Part shown: positions 52,453 through 64,000 of the stretch, piece after piece
Position numbering within the stretch: the stretch's first letter is position 1
Layout: each line of letters opens with the position of its first letter
Origin: Octopus sinensis
Taxonomy: Eukaryota
DNA length: 64,000 nucleotides
NCBI RefSeq assembly: GCF_006345805.1
Contig: NC_043002.1
Span: 80,724,001 to 80,788,000 of the forward strand
Direction of reading: 5' to 3'
Translations under genes and position numbers: made by a program
Notes under the pieces: model-generated
What the model was told of the DNA's origin: nothing
Database searches by the model: none
What the model saw: only the letters and a program-made list of their open reading frames with translations

Positions 52453-52608
52453 CATATATATGTGTGTGTATGTATATATATATATATAATATATATATAT
52501 ATATAATATATATATATATATATACATATATATGATATGCATATGAGTAGCATAACATGTGATTTCAGAGAGTCGTGCGGAAATCACAGAAAGTTCTTCT
52601 TACCCGAT

Positions 52609-52670
52609 TTGGCTAATACTTCATATGATAATCAATTATTTGGCTAATACTTCATATGATAATCAATTAT
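52609..52670. repeat. Perfect 31-bp tandem duplication
   Basis: TTGGCTAATACTTCATATGATAATCAATTAT occurs twice. Confidence 0.95.
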
Positions 52671-54195
52671 AAAAAAGTGTAATGTAGAGTGTCTATATAA
52701 ATGAAAATTCGCCTTGGAGTCAAACTTAATTCTATAGTCACTAGAATATTAACAGGCAAAGTTGATCTCATCTAGATTTGAACTCACAACCTAAGGAACT
52801 GTAACAAATACAGCCAAATAATTTGTATTAAAGATTCTTCCATTGTATCACCTTAAATGAAACTGAATTGTTTCAGTATGTCCAATATATGTTGCATTTT
52901 TTGCCAGTACATCGTAGGGCTATATCTAAGAGATACCTGGCTGCTATTTCTAACAGGGCGAATTACCTCATTGATGCACCCTCAGTATTGCTGTATTAGT
53001 GGTATGGTAGTGGTGGTGGTGGTGGTTGCATTTGTTGTTGTCGTACGTAGCATTATTCTTATTTTTAGAAGCAGTAGCAGCATCCGCTACGACAATACTG
53101 GGTTTCATTAAATCGTTTTTTTTACAATATATTTTATTTTTATTTCTCAAGTTTCGCAAGGTGATATTGGCAGCAATTTTGCATCCCTCATCCAAGCACT
53201 TTACGTCGCAGCAAGACATCGATGAAATACATGCTTAACAAGCACATATCAACATTAACTTCGTGCCACGTTACCGGCACAGATTGGACCCATCTGCAGC
53301 GGATACGTGCCAAAATCGCAGATCGTTCGACCTTCTTGTTGTTTTTCATGGGCAACACGGCATGTAGGATTTTAACTTAGTGAAACTAAAGCGTGATTCG
53401 ATTTCTCATCAACATCAACTTCTACCAGTCGATTTATTTTTCAGGAATTAAATAATATATTTTTTCCTAAATTCTGGAGAGCAAAATAAATAAATAAAAG
53501 AAAAATATATATAAATAAGAGAATGAATATATAAATAATTAGAGAAAGAAAGAAAACCACCAATAATGCTTATATCAAAGAAATACAACGAATCCGATTA
53601 ATTAGTTTCAGATATTAATTAATGCTGTTATTGCTCTCTCTCTCTCTATCTCTTTTCTGTCCTCTTTCTCTTTCTCTCTTTCTCTCTCTCTCTTAGTGTG
53701 TGTATATATATATGTGTGTGTGTGTGTGCGTGTGTGTAACTATACATATATATGCATACATAAATACATTCATGTATGTATGTGGTGTGTGTGTGCGTGT
53801 AGAAGTGTGTGCGCGTGTGTGTGAGAGTGGGCGTGTGTGAGTGTGTCAAGTGTCCTCATCCTAGTCGGTTTGAATCATTGAATTACACTTAATCTATTTC
53901 ATATCACCATTGATTTTATATGCATGTAGGCGCTCTATACGGGTTTGTTCGTGCGCGCACGTGTGTGTGTCTGCGTGTGTGTTTGTGTGTGTGAGCGTGT
54001 GCTAGTTTGTGTCTGTGTATCTGAGAGAGTATGTGGGAAAATATCGCTCTCCGTTGTTTGGTGCAGAGGTTTCAGTCGTTCATTCAGCTGAGTTACTTGC
54101 CCATAAGTTAACGTATTAGCGGCTGAGTATACCACAGACAGGTCTACTCTTAATATATGTATGTATATAAATACATATAATACACACACGCTCAC

Positions 54196-54231
<36 letters not shown>

Positions 54232-54233
<2 letters not shown>

Positions 54234-54643
54234 TTACTCTTTTACTCTTTTACTCTTTTACTTGTTTCAGTCATTTGACTGCGGCCATGCTGGAGCACCG
54301 CCTTTAATCGAGCAACTCGACCCCGGGACTTATTCTTTTGTAAGCCCAGTACTTATTCTATCGGTCGCTTTTGCCGAACCGCTAAGTAACGGGAACGTAA
54401 ACACACCAGCATCGGTTGTCAAGCAATGCTAGAGGGACAAACACAGACACACAAACACACACACACGCATATATATATATATACATATATACGACAGGCT
54501 TCTTTCAGTTTCCGTCTCACAAGGCTTTGGTCGGCCCGAGGCTATAGTAGAAGACACTTGCCCAAGGTGCCACACAGTGGGATTGAACCCGGAACCATGT
54601 GATTGGTAAACAAGCTACTTACCACACAGCCACTCCTGCGCCT
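54232..54643 (-). mobile_element. OR/CORE-type SINE, full length, young
   Basis: Starts AGGCGCAGGAGTGGCTGTGTGG and ends in (GTAAAAGA)n. Confidence 0.92.
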
Positions 54644-54659
54644 ATATATATATATATAT

Positions 54660-54810
54660 CGAGCTGGTAGAAACGTTAGCACGCCGGGCGAAATGCGTAG
54701 CCGTATTTCGTCTGCCGTTACGCACTGGGGTCGATGTAATTGACTTAATCCGTTTGTCTGTCCTTGTTTGTCCCCTCTATGTTTAGCCCCTTGTGGGTAG
54801 TTAAGAAATA
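54660..54810 (+). mobile_element. Nin-SINE with internal deletion of the B-box and domain
   Basis: The head is joined to the tail at the GTTACG microhomology (about 54717-54722). Confidence 0.8.
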
Positions 54811-54819
54811 TATATATAT

Positions 54820-55420
54820 TATATAAATCCGTTCTGTCTGTCCCTGTATGTGTCTTCTAGGATCTCGGGCATCCTCCATCCGATTGCGCTCAAATTTGAT
54901 GTGTAAATACCGACGGTATAAGGGCGTGTAAAAGTCTTGAAAAAATTACAAAAATTGATTCCAGGTGCGTTTATACATGGAGAGGAGATCACCATATGGA
55001 TTCCTTTATTGGTAGAGAGGGCCATCAAAACCCAAACCAAGAAAGATATACTTTTACATTGTACGTTGCTTGTAGGACATTTGAATGAATAAAATCTCAG
55101 TTAACCCTATACCCATGAGTTTCAGCATTAGTGATCAATTAATTAGTTAATCAATTGATTGATTAACCATACGTGGTACGTAAGATCGCTGGTAATTGCA
55201 TAATTATGAAACTATAATACGTGCCGAAAACACAAAGTAAACACGTGCACACTTAGTTCTATATTTATACATCAAGTATTCAAATCGAATACCGCCAATC
55301 AACGTGCAGAGTTAGAGTAGTACAGCATTGAATAGATACACCGTATGTTACCCTACCGGAGGATTTAAATATTTAATTATATAAATACTGGGTAAAAATT
55401 ATCAAATTAATACCAATGGT
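54820..55420 (+). mobile_element. Possible non-autonomous Helitron/DINE-like element
   Basis: TATATAAA...TCTGTCTGTC...CATCCGATTGCGCTCAAATTTG 5' architecture; no clear 3' CTAG found. Confidence 0.4.
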
Positions 55421-55519
55421 TAGCATGCGTAATAAAAATCAAATGACAAATGTTTTTATAATATAATAGTGTATAAGTGTTTTATTTAAAGGAAGAGAAG
55501 AGAGCACCATGTGGATTCC

Positions 55520-55570
<51 letters not shown>

Positions 55571-55934
55571 AGGTGGGTCTTTGTGTTTGTCTAGACAGTC
55601 GTTGTTGAGTTGTTTAGTCCCCCCTCCATCCAATTAGCAGTCCGGCAAATGCTACCGATAGAATAAGACCAAGCTTTAAAATTATATATGTATGTATATA
55701 TATATATTTATATATATAAGCAGTAATACATCTCTGAGCGGGGTATAAACAATAGCTGCACGATATCGTGAAGTATATATGCCACTTAAATGTGGCTAAA
55801 CCTTAAGGGTGGATGCTACTGTAGATTGTAGCCCCAGGAATATATCTCTTCCAGCTAGCTATTGACACACTATCTGTGCCCTATCAGTATTTGCAAAGGA
55901 AAGTCATCCTTCTCATCTCCGACCTGACATGATA

Positions 55935-55979
55935 CACACGGACCCGGGTTTCTGAGTATTGACCCGTCATCAGCCTGTG
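55935..55979 (-). ncRNA. Minimal type-I hammerhead ribozyme motif
   Basis: Minus strand CACAGG-CTGATGA-CGGGT-CAAT-ACTCA-GAAAC-CCGG-GTC-CGTGTG, with a palindromic tetraloop. Confidence 0.8.
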
Positions 55980-56106
55980 ACAGTCACCAATCACCGTTGT
56001 CGATGTGAAGTGCTTCCCAATGCAAATACATATATCCTTTTTCCAGTGACGAAAAGTCAGAGATCTTGAAAAAGAGTAAACATGCTATAATAATATATAT
56101 AAGCAA

Positions 56107-56174
<68 letters not shown>

Positions 56175-56665
56175 TAGTGGGATCGATTTATTCGACATCA
56201 TTCAATGCGGTGCTGGAGCATGGGCGCAGTCCAATGATTGAAACGAGTTAAAGAATAAAGGAATTAAAGTATAAAAATATACACATACAAACATATATGT
56301 CAATATTGATGTATCAAGAACACACAAACTGTCTCTTTCTGTTCTTATATATGTCCGCGTGCTTGCTTTTCGCCTAGCTATTTGCTTGTTTAACTAAAGA
56401 TTAAATATCACACATTACTTAAGTGTCTCTTTATTGATGTGAATCCTTTTTAGACATAGGTCACTTAGAGTGTTGGTGTTGTACGAAAAGTATTGTCGAC
56501 CTTCTACGTGAATTTCTCTGGTTTTTATTATTGTTGATATTTTTGTAGATTTCTCTATTATTTATCAATGTATTTATTACGTATTTTCTGTCACATTCCT
56601 ACACACCTCGCTCCTCTCTCTTATACCTCTTCTTTTATATTCTTTCTCGCTCGCTCACTTTCTCG

Positions 56666-56702
<37 letters not shown>

Positions 56703-57167
56703 TGCATGTGTGTGTGTGTGTATGTGTGTGTGTGTGTGTGTGCGCGTGCGTGCGTGTGCGTGGGTGTGTGTTTAACATCTATCTATATACATTGTTTACC
56801 ACCGGGAATATGCACAGATTTTAGCTGCCATTCATTAATAAATCAATAAACAAGAATGTTTAGTGTGAAAAATAACCGCGTTTGGTCTCTCGAATATTTA
56901 TGTAACTAAATTAACATCCAAGAATATGTCAGATATTCAAATCAGTCTTGCTGATTTAGTTGTACGATTAATAAGTGTGGCTTCAAGTATCATGAGCCTT
57001 GAAACAGCTGTCCATTTAATCCCTGTGTTCCTATCCACAAGGAGATTATTATGTATCTAATGAATTTAATTAATTTAGTAATGTAATAACGACTGAAATC
57101 GAAGTTTATGCTCATATTAAAATTAGCATGAAACGATAACTGCAGCTGGCACATAAGCTATATATAT

Positions 57168-57222
<55 letters not shown>

Positions 57223-57529
57223 TAGAATGTTTGGAGATATTGTACAGGTATTATATATTAGAAAAAATGAGGTACTCAGAAATCAGGATTGTTTTATATT
57301 TACAGATATATATTAGTGTGTTACATGTTTTTATAGATCATATATTTCTCCTAATATATATATATATATATATATAATATATATATATATATGAATGTGA
57401 GTATATGCGTGTGTATGAATTATATATGTATTTATGTATGCATATATATATATAATATATATGTACATACGTACATAATATACATACATACACACACACA
57501 CACACACATGCACACACACACACACACAT

Positions 57530-57585
<56 letters not shown>

Positions 57586-57639
57586 TATATATATATATAT
57601 TGATGTATGCATATATATTTTTGTAACTAGTACGGGAAA

Positions 57640-58400
57640 TATAAAATAGTGAAACAAATTACAAAATACTCTTTGCAATTGTTCTAAACAGGAATCCTGT
57701 TATGTGAAAAGTAAGTGTAAAACTAGATATGTTAATTATAGATGTAAAGTTACATCTGAATGTAATGAATACTTTTACATGGATAGAACATCATCAATTT
57801 TCAAGATGAGATCATTTAGAGATAAAAATATAAGATTCTAAACAAGCCTTAGTATATTAATCTATATATATATACAGAAATAAAGACTACACTATTAATT
57901 GAGAATTAATTTGTATTGCATAAGGACGAGGATGTAAAAAAATGTAACTTGTGTTTAGAAGAATTTTACCAGATTCTTACATACAAGGGTAATGTAATAA
58001 ATTCTTGACAGGAACAAACTTTAAGATGCTTGTACATGAGGAAACTCAAATTTGCCCAGTATAAACGAATAATAAACATTTAAACAATAGAATGTACTGA
58101 AATAATGGACTATAAGTGATTATCCTATCAAAACTTGAATTAGATATTGTCGCCTCTGACTTAACGGACAATTCTACATCATACAACACAGAGTAGAAAA
58201 AAGAAAATCATTAACTGTTAATTCGAAAGATGTTAAGTAGAGACCCTGAAGATACTGCACTGGTAGGGTTATAATTGCAACGGTTATCAATCAGTGCAGT
58301 TGAAACATGTGTAAGTCTATGTAAAGCTGTGTATATATAAAAAGAATGAAAGTTAATGCTATGCAACCTCGTAATAATCCTTATTATTGTTGTTGATATA
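57640..58400 (+). mobile_element. Penelope-like element 3' end: GIY-YIG remnant plus terminal repeat with hammerhead
   Basis: YRCKVTSECNEYFY...KDYTIN*ELI...KCNLCLEEFYQILTYKGNVINS*QEQTLRCLYMRK; the HHR lies about 160 nt downstream of the stop. Confidence 0.85.
58241..58318 (+). ncRNA. Type-I hammerhead ribozyme motif
   Basis: AGAC-C-CTGAAGA(58246-58252); perfect 9-bp stem II ACTGCACTG/CAGTGCAGT; GAAAC-ATGT-GTA; then A-GTCT. Confidence 0.85.
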
Positions 58401-59682
58401 TATATATATATAAATGATAGAGACGGAAAATGGAATACATGTATATATGTATACATGTATGTATATATGTAAGTCTATGTACAACCGTCAAAACACGCCA
58501 GATTTACAAATGTCTCTATAGTTTGAAAGATGGGGAACAGACGCAATCGATTTTCGACATACATTGGGTATCCTCAGAGGTGTCTACATTTCTTACCCAA
58601 CCCCAAATATACATTTTGGGGACCTGCTTATATGCACACAAAACTAGTTATATATAAATGTATATGTGTAAATGTGTATGTGTGCGTGCATGTATGAGTG
58701 TTTGTGGTTAACTTAAAATAAAGTATTTGCTGATGGTCCGTTGTGGTGGAGCATCTATTGAACTTGAAACACTTTTTTCAGGGCGCTAATCAGCCATAGT
58801 AGTGAAATGCACGTAGGCGCTATAATGTACAGTTGTGTTTATCCTTATTTCTCCAGTATATGTGTGTGTCTGTGAGTGTGTATGCGTAAGCGTGTGTGTA
58901 TATATGTATATGTATGTGTCTACGTACGTATGTATGTACGTCTGTATGTGTATATCCTTCTGCTCTCAACTACCACTATTGTTTGCATTTTCAAAATGAC
59001 CGGTTTTCTTTATAGGTGAAGCTATCTTCAAGCTAATGTCACCCATCACTTTCGGCGACATTTATCACTGAACTATCAAACCATCAAACCTTTTCCTCCA
59101 AAACGGACAACTTCACTCAAAAACATCTTGGATTTTCTCCATCCACCGTCTATCATTTTGTCTCTTTATCTCAAACACACTTGTTCTTACCTTCACTAAA
59201 TCCCTTCTTTCCTTCACTTCTTCTCTCTTTCTCTTTACTTCATTTCTTGTTTTGAAATATCGTCGTTGTGTCCTTGTCATCTTTCACATTCTCATATTCA
59301 ACGTCGCCATCGTCGTATTCGATGATTTCTTTTACTGTTTATTTTCTTATTATTATTGTTGTTGTTTTTGTGGTGGTGTTGGTGTTGGTTGTTATTCGTT
59401 GTGGTTTAGTTATTAGTGTCTGTAACCTTTCCATCGTTTGAACTTCTACTCGTCTCTTATCAGCTCCATTCTTTTGACTTACTCTCTACTTCTTACTCTC
59501 TGTTTCCTCCCCTTCCGCCTCCACCTATCTCTGTCTAACTCTTCTTATCTCTTCTCTCTTTTCTTCTACCCTTCCATGCGTGTATGCATACGTACATGCA
59601 CATACACATATGCATACGTATATTTATATGTTTATGTTTATATGTGTGTGTGTGTGTGCGTGTGTATGTTTGCATGTGTGTA

Positions 59683-59726
<44 letters not shown>

Positions 59727-59750
59727 GATAGATAGATGGATAGATAGATG

Positions 59751-59781
<31 letters not shown>

Positions 59782-59790
59782 GGATGGATG

Positions 59791-59840
<50 letters not shown>

Positions 59841-59864
59841 GAGAGAGATAGATAGATAGATAGG

Positions 59865-59929
<65 letters not shown>

Positions 59930-60312
59930 GATGGATGCATGTACGTTTGTATATATGTATATTAAAATAACTCGTAATATCTTCATCTTTAGCTCTCACT
60001 TTATATTTTCTCCTTCTGTATCATTTTTTTGCTCTTCTTCTCCACCTCTTCCTTCTGCTCTCTTCACTCCCACCTCTTCCCTCTAATTTACTTTCACTTT
60101 CACTTTCACTTTTCTTTCTTCTTTGTCTTTGCAAATAATTTATAAAGGTGAACACTTTGATCTGAATTTAGATTTTCGCACAATCTTATCTGTGAGAATC
60201 ATTATAATGCGACAACTTGTTATGTGTTCGTTTTTTTTTTCCTTTTTTATTTCTCGTATTCTTTTTTTACGAAGAGTAGCTATCTTTATCTTTTTGTATC
60301 ATATATATTTAT

Positions 60313-60363
<51 letters not shown>

Positions 60364-61166
60364 ATATATATGTATGTATGTATATATATGTATATATAAA
60401 TATATACATATGTACATACATACATATATACATATATACATGCATACATAAATAACTACACACACGCATATATTTATATATATATATATACGTGTGTGTG
60501 TGTGTGTTTATGTGCATATATACAGTCATGTATATACATGTAAGTATATATATATATATACATGTTTGTATAACATTTACGTATGTGACGTGTGTGTATA
60601 CGAGGAGTGGGGGAAGAGAAGAAAGACGAGAGGAAAGACATTGGCGGGAGGCGATGGTTGAGAAGTGCGATAATGAAATGAGAATGACAGATGAATGAAA
60701 AGTATAAAGACGGTGATGTGAAGAAGTCACAGCGACAACAAGAGACGTCCGATAACGCCAAATATAATTAATTAATCACCTAAAATTATTGATCATTACT
60801 AATAGAATGAAAAAAAAAACTGTTTGGCAACAATAGCAATTACTAATTGCTTGATATTTTTGTTTTATTTGTAATTATAATCTGTTAGATGTCGTGTCGT
60901 TCATTTCATTTTATCTGATATACTTTCATAACATTCGTTGGCGCAGGCATGTCGGCGTAGCTTTAAGATGTCGTTTTGGCAATCACGCAGTTTCATGTTC
61001 GATTTTATTTTGGAACTATTTCGGGTAAGCGTCTTTTAATATAGAATTAGGTTCAATTCAAGCCTTATAAGTGAAACTGGCGTGACATAATCCCTACGGA
61101 AGCCCGTCGGATAAGCATTGCGCCTGTTCTTTGGTGATACAGAGTAATCTGTCGTTCGGTCTTATA

Positions 61167-61378
61167 CGAGAGAATGTTGAAAAGTTCCTGGCTTTGGGTA
61201 AAAGAAAATACAGGAGGATCAGTTAATTATGATTTTATACAACATATTCCCCTTTATTTATTGCAGCTGTCCTTCAGGTTTCTCTAAGCACTGTAAACGA
61301 ACTCGGAATTTTGAGCCTCCAACCAGGCCTTTCGCGAGGCCCTTAAAGCTAAGAAGTTTCCAGCACCCCACCCCCTCG
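61167..61378. mobile_element. Mariner-type MITE
   Basis: TA-CGAG...TGTTGAAAAGTTCCTGGCTTT / AAAGCTAAGAAGTTTCCAGCA...CTCG imperfect TIRs. Confidence 0.65.
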
Positions 61379-61899
61379 CACTCTCGCTCGATATGCTGAT
61401 ACATTGGTTGGTGTCCACTATAATGCAAGTATTAGGTCTAGGTCTCCAGTGGAATCATTGGCTGATCCTAGCAACAGTAACACCGTCCTCCAACCAGCCT
61501 AAGACAAGAAGTCATGTGTAGAATCTTCCATTTTAGTTCACCTATCAGAAAATACTGCGCCCATTATTGTGGAATGGAATGAAGTGGAATCACGTTAAGT
61601 GAAGTAAGGTGAAGTTCTATCATCACATCGGTACACTGAACAAGGAGCATTTGCAACCAAGGTTCGAATCCAGCTAAGAAAACAGCATATTTTGAATTAA
61701 AACAATCTTGTTCAATAATAGTAAATGTTCAAAGCGGTAATCATTGCTTGTCAGTAAAGCAACGAAAGAACTATGACATGGCTTTCTCAACCTGCTATTA
61801 ATAACAGGTAGATCTCTCTCAAATCCTATCCCATTCTCTGAAACATAGAAGCCACAAGATAAATAATACAATCATTAACAGACCATACGTATTATACAA

Positions 61900-63147
61900 A
61901 GGCGCAAGCATGATCGTGTGGCTGATACGCTCGCTTTGCAATAAAATTGTTTCAGTTTCAATCCTATCACGCGGTACTTTGGGCTAATGACTTCTACAAT
62001 GGCTCCGAGCCGAGTGATGCTTTGTTAGAGAATTTGGTAAACGGAAATTATGTGGATGTGCGTCGTATATATGTGTATATGTATGAGTGTGCATGTGTGC
62101 GCTCATATGAGAGAGGGACAAAGAGACAGAGCCCGTACGTGTGTGTGTGTATGTGTGTGTGGTACTCTCCATCACCATCACAGCATGACAAAGGGTATGG
62201 GCTTGTTTGCATTACTGTAAATTAGGCGTACGGTGAAAAGAAACAAAAAAAAGTACTGTAATTAAATAAAGTGTTGGGGACAATTTAGGCGACTAAAATC
62301 TTTCGAGGTGATGCTCCAAATGATTGGCAAGGGTGGCAATCAAATGATTAAAACAAATAAAAGATATATTCTTTACTACTCTAGGCGCAAAGCCCGAAAT
62401 TTCTGGGGAGGAGGCCAGTTGATAAGATCAACCGCAGTACACAGCTGGTACTTAAATTAACGGCCCCGAAAAGGATGTAGGGCAAAGTCGACCCCGGCGG
62501 AAATTGAACTCAGTACGTAAAGACAGAGAAATACCGGTACGCATTTCGCCCGGCGTGCTAACGATTCTGCCAACAAAAGATATATTAAGTAACATTATCA
62601 TCATAGAACACAGTTCATACATTGAGAATTTCTATATTTCCAGATCGTTCAATTTCTTATAGTTTATTTTTTACCTTTTATTTATTTCAGTCATTAGACC
62701 TCGGCCAAGCTGGGGCACCGAATTGAAAGACTTTTAGTCAAATGAATCGGTCGCAGTGTTTATTTTTTTGGTAAGTCTGGTATTTATACCCTCGGTTTGT
62801 TTTGCAGAACCGCTAAGTTACAGGGCCGTAAACACGCCAACACCAGTTGTCAAGCATTACTGGGCAACAAACACACACAAACTCACTCACACGCATACCC
62901 ACGCGCACACACACTCACTCACACACATACACACGCGCGCGCACACACACACATACACACACGATGGCACACACATACATATGTACAACGGCCTTATTTT
63001 AGTTTCCGTCTACGAATGCTATTCACAACACTTTGATCGGCCTGTCCCTATAGAAGAAGACGCCCAAAATGCCACACAGTGGGACTGAACCCGCAACAGT
63101 GTGGTTGGGAATCAAGCTTTTTTATCACACAGCCACGCCTGTGCCCA
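61900..63147. mobile_element. SINE cluster (OR-type plus 61900-62365, Nin minus 62370-62572, OR-type minus 62680-63147)
   Basis: Homology to the other copies in this window. Confidence 0.8.
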
Positions 63148-63652
63148 TGTTTCATTTTTTTCTTGGCATGCTTGGTAAATTAACATCTTCTACAGTAAAT
63201 TCCTTAATCTTATACTTATTTACTCTCTTTATCTCCATGTGTAATTCTGGATCAACTTCCTTTAGTCGATAGCTGGTAGACACATTCTTCTTTTGTTTTA
63301 TTTATTGCTTCACTTTTCAGAGTTTTAATAATTTTCTTTGATCATTTTGTTTCTATTCTTTTCATCTTTATAAATTTTTGCTCCTAAGAGTTATTATTTT
63401 TGTTTGAAGCACATATATTCTTGAATTAGATTTTAGAACAGAAATCGCTTTCAGATCAACTTCATTTCCTCTGCATGTATCGTTTGAGTATCCTAAAATA
63501 ACTTCGGTTGTTTGACAAGAATGTAACTGTAAAATATTCAAATGAGATAGAAAGATATCCCCCTCGTACTGATTTCTTTTTTTATTTTAAAGCAACTGAG
63601 TGTTAAAAGATGGCCTCTATTTCAATTATCTATGTATCTACCAATCAAATTT

Positions 63653-63687
<35 letters not shown>

Positions 63688-63895
63688 CTATATATATATA
63701 TATATATATATATCTATATATATATATATATATATATTTATAACCCCACACATAAATCAAACGCACGAATATTTTGCCTTCATTGTTAGAACGCTTTGCA
63801 TAAAATGTTTTAACAAATGGTTCAATAGTTCTGAAAAAATATTCGTTTAGTGTGATATAGATTTAAATATAAACATAGCAAACTTGAATGTGTGT

Positions 63896-63928
<33 letters not shown>

Positions 63929-64000
63929 TATATATAACTGTATAGACATACATACAAGTGTGTCTGTGTGTGGGTGCGTGTGTGTGTATATGTGTGTGTG

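Noticed and set aside
59016-59200. Possible exon after a TTTCTTTATAG acceptor
   Set aside because: No open frame or clear donor.

Overview
AT-rich animal genomic DNA with a very high density of microsatellites ((TA)n, (TAA)n, (GATA)n, (CA)n, (TACA)n, (GAA)n). The SINE families point to an octopus genome (inference). I find no intact protein-coding gene; almost every ORF in the track is translated microsatellite, and the window looks intronic or intergenic. It contains many tRNA-derived SINEs (Nin-domain, OR/CORE-type and Meta-like) and decayed retrotransposons: R4/Dong, HERO-like, RTE, CR1, Tx1-like ORF1, and Penelope-like RT and GIY-YIG fragments. It also holds DNA transposon remnants: a split Tc1, a fold-back mariner, MITEs and a Helitron. 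The strongest hidden signal is about 12 minimal type-I hammerhead ribozyme (HHR) motifs (CUGANGA...GAAA...NUH) from about 10 different sequence contexts. Most lie between (TA)n tracts, several sit inside long inverted repeats, and one lies directly 3' of a Penelope GIY-YIG remnant. One motif carries a compensatory G3:C8 core swap. Another forms the 3' end of a tRNA-headed SINE-like element, present as an inverted pair that appears to have inserted as one cassette into a Tc1 transposon. All coordinates were read by eye, and element boundaries are approximate.
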